Assembly: GCF_006345805.1 (NCBI RefSeq)
Contig: NW_021836180.1
Location: forward strand, 1-64,000
DNA length: 64,000 nt
Source of the DNA: Octopus sinensis
Taxonomy: Eukaryota
Direction of reading: 5' to 3'
Each line of letters opens with the position of its first letter. Positions within the stretch are counted from its first letter, which is position 1. Below are positions 50,204-61,290 of this stretch, in pieces. The position numbers and the translations under genes were made by a program. The notes beneath the pieces are model-generated. The model did not search any database, was not told where the DNA came from, and saw only the letters and a program-made list of their open reading frames with translations.

Positions 50204-53200
50204 CCCTTACCTTGTTATATATATATAACAAGGTAAGGGTTTTATTTTTCATTCACTTCGAAATTTGCTATAAAATTGTGGTTTCTGGCCGTGTTGGCTG
50301 CTATTTCTAGCATGTAAAAATTACCTGTCAAAGGGTAATTTTCTATTTTGAAATACGAATATGTTGTCTATTGACTTTTTATACATGCTAGGCCAGTGGT
50401 GGTGATATTTATAACGAGTATTCTCCACCCTATATATATATATATATATATATATTTATGCATCTATATATGCATATGTATGCATATACATGTACACACA
50501 CACATACGTGTGTGTGTGTGCGCGCATAATACAGATAAGATAGATCACATACATAGGTAGAAATTGTATTCGAACTAAAAAGAAAATAGAATAAAACGAA
50601 CTATGCCAAAATCTGAAACCATTATTATGATTTGAAGAGAGAGAGAGAGTGGCAGAGATGGAAAGTGAAGGATATGTTTATAGTTAGAACTTGATCGTCT
50701 ATAAAAGAACGAGGTAGATTATTAATAACACTTACATTAGATCCCGATTCTAGTGACAGAAATAATTAAGTTTATACTGATGCTGTCCACTGTACCGGTA
50801 TCTCCTTGGCATTATATTATCAGAGAAGACAGTGAGTGTTGTACAGCTCATAAGTGATGAGATTATTAGTGATGAAGGAGACTGCGTGTTTGTTCTGTGA
50901 GGTGATGGTGGGAGATAAGATAGATAGATAGAGAGAGGGTAAATTTTAAAGAAAGAGAAAGATTAGTGTTGGTGAGGTGTTAGATGGTAGAGCGAGTAAT
51001 ACTTATATCTGGGGGGAGAGAGTGACAGAGGTGTAGTAAGAGATTTAATTTTTTTTGTGTATGTTGGAGAGAGAGAGATTATAATGTGGTAGGAGGTAGT
51101 TATACGAAGAGCGAAAGAGAGAAAGAAAGACATACACAGAAGACAGTGAAAGAGTGAAACAGAGAGAAAAAGAGAGAGAGAGAGAGAATGTGCAGATGAG
51201 TGTGTGTGTGTGCTCCCTAAGACGACAGAAGATAGTAATGATAGAGCGGGTGGTTTTAGAGTGAAAGAGAGAGAGAGAGAGATTGAGTGTGGGTGAACGT
51301 TTTATAAGGTGGAAAAGATGTTCGACATTTTATGTAGAGATGGAGCATGAGTATGTTGTGTGTTCCGTAGAAGCCTTCTCTTATAATTCCATTTATGCCT
51401 AGAATATTAAATCGTCCCCAAAACTTGATTAGTATTCTATTTTATTGTTGCTGACTACAGAAATATGGAAAAATCAAGTTGACCTTGGCGGAATTTGAAC
51501 TCGAGAATGTAAGGGGATGTAACTAAATACCGAAAGCATTTTTACGCCTCTGCCAAACCACCGCTTATGTGGTAGGAGTAAGTAAATAATGAGGGAGAGA
51601 GAGAAACAGAGAAAGAAGTATATATTTAGAGAGAGAGAGAGAAAGAGAGAGACGTGTGTTCTGTGAAGCTGGAGAGCAAATAGCGATAGAGAAATAAAGA
51701 GTGAATGATTTTGAGGTAAGAAGAGAGAGTGAGAATAAGAGAGAGTGTGCTTTGCGTGTTAGTAGTAGGTAGAGTAGACAGCGTAATACAAAAAAGGGGG
51801 AAGAGAAAGAGAGAAATAGTGTACTTTTTGTGAGAAATCGATAAGTAAAACAAACTGAGAGAGGGGTAATGAGGTGTAGTGAAAGTAGCGTACTTTCCAA
51901 GGGGAGTGAGTGGTAGATAGAGCAGAAAGAGCGAATAATAAATACAATAGGGGTGGGAAGAAAGGTGGTGGTATTATATGAGAGGTAGTAGGAGTTTTGT
52001 AGCGAAGCGAGAGAAAGAATGAGGAAAGATGCATTGTTTATAGGGGTAATAGGAAGAGAAAATTAAAGAGGTAGATTAATAAAACTGGAGGGGAGAAAGA
52101 TATAGTCATTCGTGTGTTGGCAGAAGATAAAATTGAGAGGTAATAGTTCTATAGGTCTGCCGCTACGTTGTGAGTTCAAATTCCGCCGAGGTCGACTTTG
52201 CCTTTCATCCTTTCGGGGTCGATAAATTAAGTACTAGTTACGCACTGGGGTCGATGTAATACATATGTCTGTCCTTGTTTAGCCCCTTGTGGGTAATAAA
52301 GAAATAGGTAATAGTTCTATAGAGGAGGGGAATTTGTGAATTGGTAGGTGTCGTAAGGACAGATAAATGTAGATATACTGAGTGATGAGGAGTAGAGTGA
52401 CACCTTTAAGGAGCGTTCTGCATGACTGCATGGTTGTCACACATCTCTACCTAATTAAATATTTTTCTTTATTGCCCACAAGGGGCTAAACATAGAGGGG
52501 ACAAATAAGGACAGACAAACGGATTAAGTCGATTACAACGACCCCAGTGCGAAACTGGTACTTTATTTATCGACCCCGAAAGGATGAAAGGCAAAGTCGA
52601 CCTCGGCGGAATTTGAACTCAGAACGTAGCGACAGACGAACTAACGCTAAGCATTTCACCCGACGTGCTAACGATTCTGCCAGCTCGCCGCCGATATAAA
52701 TGTGAGACAGACAGACAGACAGACAGAGAGAAAGTAAAAGAGAGATTGAAAGTGAGTTAACATACGAAGCATGATGGCAGGCAATGAGTAAAGGGACACC
52801 ATACACAACACATACATAAAAAAAAATGTGAGAGAGTATATCAGACTTCGGAGAAGAACGAAGGGGGAAGAAGAGATGAGAAAAAATGGAGAGGAGAGAG
52901 TTAAATGGCGGACTAATTATGGAAGGAGTTTATACATATAGGCGCGGGAGTGGCTGTTTGGTAAGTAGCTTGCTAACCAACCACATGGTTCCGGGTTCAG
53001 TCCCACTGCGTGGCATCTTGGGCAAGTGTCTTCTGCTATAGCCCCGGGCCGACCAATGCCTTGTGAGTGGATTTGGTAGACGGAAACTGAAAGAAGCCTG
53101 TCGTATATATGTATATATATATAAGTGTGTGTGAATATGTTTGTGTGTCTGTGTTTGTTCCCCTAGCATTGCTTGACAACCGATGCTGGTGTGTTTACGT

Positions 53201-53588
53201 CCCCGTAACTTAGCGGTTCGGCAAAAGAGACCGATAGAATAAGTACTGGGCTTACAAAGTCCCGGGGTCGATTTGCTCGACTAAAGGCGGTGCTCCAGCA
53301 TGGCCGCAGTCAAATGACTGAAACAAATAAAAGAGAAAAGAGTATATAAGAAACTTGTTTTCAAGGTTGTCTTGTTATCTTTTACATGTTTCAGGGATTG
53401 GACTGCAGTCATACTGTGTGGCACTACCCTGAAGGGCTTAGGTCGAACAAATCGACCCCAGGACTTATTTTCTTTTTCATAATCTGGTATTTATTCTATC
53501 GGTCGATCTTGCCCGAACCTCTGAGTTACAAGGATATAAACAAACCAGCACCGGTTGTCAAGCGATGTTGAAGGACAAGCCACACGTT

Positions 53589-53636
<48 letters not shown>

Positions 53637-55289
53637 GATCGAAATTTTGGGACGATACAGAAAATGCCGATTGGGAGTGAGAGTTGGAGTTGGTAATCTT
53701 AAAAGCCAACTGTTGATAATTACAAGCAATATTTCTATCTTATTAAACCTTCTCAGTGATGTACATTGTCCTCAGGTATTATTACCCGAGTCTCTACAAT
53801 CCGCATTGCCTCTACCATGCAAAACTTTCAGTCAATTGATCGTTTCTGTTGTACCTGTATTTCAAAGGGCCGGCCTTGTCACTCTTTGTGTCACGCTGAA
53901 TATCCCCGAGAACTACGTTACTTACTTTTTACTCCTTTACTTGTTTCAGTCGTTCGACTGTGGTCAAGCTGGAGCACCGCCTTTAGTCGAGCAAATCGAC
54001 CCCAGGACTTATTCTTTTGCCGAACCGCTAAGTTACGGGGACGTAAACACACCAGCATCGGTCAAGCGATGTTGGGGGGACAAACACAGACACAAGCACA
54101 CACACACACACACGCACACACACACACATACGACAGGCTTCTTTCAGTTTCCGTCTACCAAATCCACTCACAAGGCTTTGGTCGGCCCGAGGCTATAGTA
54201 GAAGACACTTGCCCAAGGTGCCTCGCAGTAGGACTGAACCCGAAACCATGTGGTTTGTAAGCAAGCTACTTATCATACAACCACTCCTACGCCTATGACT
54301 TCCAAAAGAAATTTAGTGAAAATAGTGTAGTACTTGACATCAACATAGCTGAGATCAACTGAGCAAGGGCCCGGGAACAGGGGTTGCACCCCTTGGAATT
54401 TTCAGGTGGTGCAAGATCAAAATTTGCACCCCTACATAATTTTACCAGTTTCAGAAAATAGTGTCTAAAAAATTATCTGTATAAAATGCTTGAAGCTAGA
54501 TTTCGTTTCAAAGCAAAAACAAAGAACGAAAATATATAAATAAAAGTGATGAAGCTGGGCTTAAAATTCCCAAGGGAATTTATAACTAACCAACTTCTGA
54601 AGCAAAGTAGCGTCAAAATAAAAAGTATGTGACAACAACAGTTGCAGCAAACAACATGACCAGCATCTACGGCTACTCTTCAATACATAACATTACTTGG
54701 ATTCTTGAAGACAGCTCTATTCTGACAAAAATAACTCCCAAATCTTGCAATGCTGAAAATGTGTGAAGGTTCTTGTCCTCTCTCAAGTTCTTTGTAGTTG
54801 ATCTTGCTAAAGACTGACGACATGGTTGAATGGATTCGACTGTTTGACCTCAGCCTAAAAATAAAAGCCCTTTAAAAATTCTTTCAGTCATATCGGTTTT
54901 CTCATTTATGTTGTTAGGTCCAAAGTTTGACAAGGGAACAAAATGATTTATTTTTATCTTTGATATTTAATGCTCATTGTTAAATGCTTTGATACATATT
55001 GCTCATTCGAAATACTAGAAATTTTGAAAGGAAACATTTAACTATAAATGATTGCAGACCAACAACCGAAATTACCTAATTTGCAAAGAAATGTATTCGA
55101 CAATTTCAAATTAATTTATATTAAAAAGAAATGATATTAAAAGCATTACCTACCGTCACCCTGACGCGGTTAACCACGAAAATCACTTCAGAGGTGCTTT
55201 TTTTTTGTTCATAAGTCTAACCCTAGCTGAAGCCAGAACACAGGCTAACATGCTTTTAACAGGGGTCTTTAATTTTACTAATCTTAGCT

Positions 55290-57110
55290 GGTCCGAGGAT
55301 TATATCTAGCCTGGAACTAAGCAACTGAAGTGGAGGGATATGAACCCTTTCCTCGATACAACAAAAGACTTTCCCATACAACAAATCATTACTCGTCCAA
55401 TTAGGAGAAAATAACATACTCGACTTTGTCTTTATTCACAATGTTCAGGTCATTCCCACAGCTATTTCCAACCAAAGCATTATACAATTATCTGTATATG
55501 GTACAAAGAAATATCCGACTCGCAGCATGGATTTCTACCCTGAAGATCTTGCCTAATAAATCTTCTCCTTCTTGAAGAATGGATTACAAGGACCATAGAT
55601 GAAAAAGACTTGGCGGGCGTGGTATTTTTGGACTTCGCAAAGGCGTTTGACTCCGTTAATCACTGACTTCTCTTGCGCAAACTTCGAGCATTCAAGATTC
55701 ATTCATTGGTGACTTTTTGGATTTCTTCCTTCCTGAGCTATCGAACCATTTGGATGCAGATAAATGGAGATCTCCCCGCGTAGACGAATGCATGCAGCGG
55801 CGTTCCCCAGGGGTCGGTGCTGGGGCCAATACTTTCCATCTCTATATCACCGACCTGCCAGATTTTCTTGGTGGAAGAGTTCTCCTATTTGCAGACGACG
55901 TCAAACTTGTCTCACCTAGGAATCAATACGATATACTCCAATCATCGCTGAACCAAGCTTGGAATTGGGCGGAAGAATGGAATCTTAACTTGAACGCCTC
56001 AAAATGCAGCCATTTGCCAATAGGTTCACCTCCAAACTCTCCCTTGACTCTTGGCCACAAACACCAACATCTTAAGATGGTCACTGAAGAAAAGGATCTC
56101 GGCATAATGATCGATACACTTTCAAACTACCACGGCAGGGTATCGAGGCGGCGAACAAAGCCAGAAGGAATCTTTTCCTCATGCACCGATCCTTTGCCAA
56201 CCTTTCAATGGACTCTTTTGGCCTGTATATATCACTCTAGTTCGACCTGTAGTGACGCTATCCAACAGCGCGCGCGCGTGCAACGCCACTTCAGTTTCGC
56301 GTGTGCGGAGTTGGAGTCCTTCAGGAAAGGCAGAAGGGAAGAGCCCTCTCGCGCATGCGCGAAGACCGGAAGAAGGGATTTGCTGATGTGGCGTTAGCTG
56401 ATTAGGCGAAGGGAGCGTGAACCTTAAAAAGACAGAGAGAGATATAGCAGCAGTCAGCAGTAGGCAGAGACTTGAGGCACAGCGATCGAAGGTTGCAGAC
56501 CGTATTTCTCTTCGCTCCCTAGGACGCCATTATGACCAGTTCTGTTTGCAGTTGAACTTGTGAAATCTTACAGCGTTAAAGTTCAGCCTTGCACATCCAG
56601 AACCAAGGGATACCAGATACACCACTTATTTCGTTCTGTGGATAAGACAATAAAGAGTATATATTTTTTACGTTTGCGTCTTGTGTTTTCTGACTGGTAG
56701 AATCTGGAAAGTAAAGCAACGGAAATTGTGATTGCACCAGTTCCACCCTAAAAGTGCAAAAAGCTACTCATTCCCGTTACAGACCCATCCTCGAATATTG
56801 CATCCATACCTCAAACCCATATCTCCAGAAAGACATTCAGCACCTGGAATGGGTTCAGCACTTGGCCACCCGAATGGGAACGGGCTTGCCTAAGCTTGTG
56901 TAAAAGGAACATCTCCAACGGCTGGCATTGCCTTCACTCAAACGACGGAGGATGCAGGGAGATCTCATCCGGCTTTCAACATCTTCAACGGACATGTAAA
57001 CCTACCATTTGCGGGCATAATCGCAAACTCTATCCCCGACACTTTCGTTTCAACAGGCAGAAGGCCGCATTCTCTGTCCGTATCGCAGCCCCGTGCATAA
57101 TCTAAGCGAA
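55290..57110 (+). mobile_element. Degenerate CR1-clade LINE (endonuclease end plus RT), interrupted by a solo LTR
   Basis: NILDFVF (APE end), GVVFLDFAKAFDSVNH, VLLFADDVKLV, WAEEWNLNLNASKC, EKDLGIMID, TLVRP|ILEYC split by the LTR, RRRMQGDLI. Confidence 0.92.
56248..56781 (+). mobile_element. Solo LTR of 534 bp, Gypsy-like (4-bp TSD)
   Basis: TGTAGT...GTTACA termini; GACC TSD at 56244-56247 and 56782-56785; internal AATAAA near 56660. Excision restores the LINE motif TLVRPILEYC. Confidence 0.88.
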
Positions 57111-57495
57111 TTCTTTGATCCCACAACTCAGGTGCAGAGACACAACTTAAAATTAATATGGAAGTTGATATACTTGCGGGTATTAATGATTTAGACCCAA
57201 ACTCAGCATCTGTACCAAATAGTATTCCAGTTATATTGCTAAAAAACGTGCAAAAACCACCTCATGAAATCATTAAAGGTACTCTTTACTCTTTTACTCT
57301 CTTTTACTTGTTTCAGTCATTTGACTGCGGCCATGCTGGAGCACCGCCTTTAATCGATAACTCGACCCCGAGACTTATTCTTTTGTAAGCCAGTATTTAT
57401 TCTATCGGTCTTTTTGCCGAACCGCTAAGTTACGGGGACTTCGGTTGTCAAGCAATGCTAGGGGGACAAACACAGACACACAAACACACACACGC

Positions 57496-57561
<66 letters not shown>

Positions 57562-57709
57562 GACGGGCTTCTTTCAGTTTCCGTCAACCAAATCCACTCT
57601 CAAGGCTTTGGTCGGCCCGAGGCTATAGTAGAAGACACTTGCCCAAGGGACTGAACCCCGGAACCATGTGGTTGGTAAACAAGCTACTTACCACACAGCC
57701 ACTCCTGTC

Positions 57710-58700
57710 GCCAGATACCGCCATATTCCCGAGACTATTGAAAGAAGCTACAATAAAACCTATATAGGTACAAAGGAGGTAGCAGTGCTGAAGCTAAAAA
57801 TTACAGACCTGCTTCCCTCACGTCTTACACATCTAAAATTATCCAATGCCTTGTCCGAAGACAAAAAGTAATAACATACCTGGATGAAAACAACTTAGAT
57901 GACACTCGGTATAGCTTTCGGACTGAACGAAGCTGCCTGTCACAATTCTTACAGCATCATAACACTACCTCTAATAATCTCTTAGGGGAAAAGATCATTG
58001 ACTGTTAAAACCTTGATATTGTTAAGGCGTTTGATAAGACTGATCATGGAATCACATGCCATAATTTAAGAAATCTTGGTATCACAGGAAAAGTCGGAGA
58101 ATGGTTCTTTAACTCCCCACACGGTAGGAGTCAACCTATTACTGCAAATGGATTTCTCTCTAAGTTACCTGTAATACGTCGCATACATCAGGGAATGAAT
58201 TACACAAGAATATCGATGGCTAGGAGCTAAACCAGAAAAAATACGAAAATTTGTACATCAAAATTTCAGATTCTTCATTACAAACGATTTCACCCAAATC
58301 GTAATATTTGACACAAGGTAACATAATGATTCAGAACGCTAATGACATACAGGACTTAGGTGTAATCATGTCAAATGATGCATTTTCCATCAGCCATATT
58401 ATCAAACTAACCTTTAAATGCAGCAAACTCATAGGCTGCATCCTACGAACATTCATGACAAGGGAACCGGTAGTTTTATTTTTAGGGAAAACCCTAGTTC
58501 TGAGCAGTTTATATTACTGCTTACAATTTTAATCTGCTAGCTCATCCGGTCTCATAGAAGAAATTGAAGGGTTACAAGGAATGTTCACTGGTAAAATACC
58601 TTCAGTTAAAAGTCTTATTTACCGAGAATGTCTGAAAGCGCTGAGTCTCTTGACACCAAAGAGAAATATATACAATCACATTCATATGGAAAATTGTTGG
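57710..58700 (+). mobile_element. Old, heavily decayed CR1-clade LINE RT fragment
   Basis: FRTERSCLSQFLQH, LDIVKAFDKTDHGITCHNLRNLGITGKVGEW, IQDLGVIMSND, LIGCILRTF. Confidence 0.82.
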
Positions 58701-58955
58701 GGGACATATGGCGTAGTGGTTAAGAGAACGGGCTACTAACCCCAAGATTCCAAGTTCGATTCCAAGCAGTGATCTGAACACTAACAACAAAAACAACAAT
58801 AATAATAACATCGAAAAATACCTTAGGAATGAGAACACAGGTTCGAAATTTCCCCAAGACACATGAAGAAGGCAGGAGGGTATATCAGCCAAAACGTTGT
58901 GTTAACAACAAACAAGATGAGGACAAATATCCATCGAATGTAAATAATGTAAATA
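58701..58955 (+). mobile_element. tRNA-head, hammerhead-containing SINE-like element (copy 2)
   Basis: Same head, linker and tail as 11557-11803. The hammerhead at 58858-58903 reads GACAC-ATGAAGA-A-GGCAG(GAGGGTATAT)CAGCC-AAAA-C-GTT-GTGTT, with core substitutions C3A and G12A. Confidence 0.8.
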
Positions 58956-58964
58956 ACGTATATA

Positions 58965-61290
58965 ATTTCCAAGGATTTCATGGAAAGTTCCGAGGTTGAG
59001 ATTTCATGGAAAATCCCTAGTATTTCATGGAAAGTTCCGAGGAGTAGAATTGCTGGAAAATTCCAAGGAGTTTTAGGAACACTCCGTGGATATTTCCTGG
59101 AAAATTCCGAGGATTTCATACAAAAGTTCCGAGGATGAGACTTCATGGAAGATTCCGAGGAGTTCCCTGAAAGTTCCGAGGATGAACACTTCCTGGAAAG
59201 TTGAGAGCAATTCAAGGAAAAATGCCAGGGATTTCATGGAAATTTCCACGAATGAAAGACTTCCGGGAAAGGTCCAAGGATCAGACTTCCTGGAAAATTC
59301 AAAGGATCTCATGGAAAATTCCGAGAATTTCATGGAAAGATCCAAGGATGAAACTGGAAAACATCGAGAATTTCCTGGAAAGTTCCGAGGATTTTGTAAC
59401 TTCCTGGGACAAGATTTTACAGAAAGTTCCAAGGATTTAATTAATTGTGGAAATTGTTCAAAATGTTCCTGCAAAAATTGGTCGAAAAGTTCCAAGGAAA
59501 GTTCCAAGGATTTTATTTCCTCCTAGAAATTTTGTTGGAAAAGTCCTGGAAAGTTCCGAGGATCTGATGGAAAGTTCCAAGATTTTTCTAACTTTCTGGA
59601 AAATTGGTCGTAAACTTCATTGAATGTTCCGAGGATATCTATTTTCCCGGAAAATTAGCAGAAAACTTCTTGGAAAGTTCCGACAATTTTCTAATTTCCT
59701 CGAAATTTAGTCGAAAACTTCCTGGAAATTACCGATGACTTCATGAAAAGTTCCAAGGTGATTCTAACTTCCTAGAAAATTAGTAGGGAACTTCCTGGAA
59801 ACTTCCACGAAATTTAAAACTTCCTGCAAAATTGGTAAAAAGCTTCCTGGAAAGTTCCGAGGAGTTTTTTTAACTTCCTGGAAAATTGATCGAAAACTTC
59901 CTGGAAAGATCCGAGGATTATCGAACTACCTTGTAAATTGGTCGAAAACTTCCTGCAAAGTTCCGAGGATTTTCTAACTTCCTTGTAAATTGGTCGAAAA
60001 CTTCCTGGAAATTTCCGAGGATTATGAAACTTTCTGGAAATTGGCCGAAAACTTCCTGGAATGTTCCGAGGATTTTCTAACTTCGTGGAAATTGGTCGAA
60101 AACTTCCTGGAAACTGCCGAGGATTTTCTAACTTCCTTGTAAATTGGTCGAAAACTTCCTGGAAATTTCCGAGGATTATGAAACTTTCTGGAAATTGGCC
60201 GAAAACTTCCTGGAATGTTCCGAGGATTTTCTAACTTCGTGGAAATTGGTCGGAAACCTCCGAGGATTATCTAACTTCCTGTAAATTGGTTGAAAACTTC
60301 CTGGAAAGTTCCGAGGAATATCAATCTTCCTGGAAATTGGCCGAAAACTTCCGAGGATTTTCTAACTTCCTTGTAAATTAATCTAAAACTTCGTGTAAAG
60401 TTCCGATGATTTTCTACCATCCTCGAAATTGGTCGAAAACCTCCTGGTTCCGAGGATTTTACAACTTCCTGCAAATTGACCGAAAACTTCCTGGGGAGTT
60501 CCGGGGGTTTTCTAACTTACTTGTAAATTGGTCAAAAACTTCCAGGAAAAATCCGAGGATTTTTTCACTTCCTGGAAAATTGATCGAAATCTTCCTGGAA
60601 AGTTCCGAGGATTTTCTAACTGCCTTGTAAATTGGCAGAAAACTTCCTGGAATGTTCCGAGGATTTTCTAACTTCGTGGAAATTGGTCGAAAACTTCCTG
60701 GAAACTGCCGAGGATTTTCTAACTTCCTTGTAAATTGGTCGAAAACTTCCTGGAAATTTCCGAGGATTATGAAACTTTCTGGAAATTGGCCGAAAACTTC
60801 CTGGAATGTTCCGAGGATTTTCTAACTTCGTGGAAATTGGTCGGAAACTTCCGAGGATTATCTAACTTCCTGTAAATTGGTTGAAAACTTCCTGGAAAGT
60901 TCCGAGGAATATCAATCTTCCTGGAAATTGGCCGAAAACTTCCGAGGATTTTCTAACTTCCTTGTAAATTAATCTAAAACTTCGTGTAAAGCTCCGATGA
61001 TTTTCTACCATCCTCGAAATTGGTCGAAAACATCCTGGTTCCGAGAATTTTACAACTTCCTGCAAATTGGCCGAAAACTTCCTGGGGAGTTCCGGGGGTT
61101 TTCTAACTTACTTGTAAATTGGTCAAAAACTTCCAGGAAAAATCCGAGGATTTTTTCACTTCCTGGAAAATTGATCGAAATCTTCCTGGAAAGTTCCGAG
61201 GATTTTCTAACTGCCTTGTAAATTGGCAGAAAACTTCCTGGAATGTTCCGAGGATTTTCTAACTTCGAGGAAATTGGTCGAAAACTTCCT
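58965..61290. repeat. Satellite 1: 51-52-bp unit with 154-bp and 591-bp higher-order repeats
   Basis: Unit TTCCGAGGATTTTCTAACTTCCTTGTAAATTGGTCGAAAACTTCCTGGAAA(G/T). Near-identical ORF pairs are offset by 591 (60271/60862; 60406/60997). Monomers are shorter and more degenerate at the left edge. Confidence 0.95.

Noticed and set aside
54360-55000. Possible DNA-transposon relic (GC-rich end followed by coding-like sequence)
   Set aside because: No TIR pair, TSD or diagnostic transposase motif could be established by eye.
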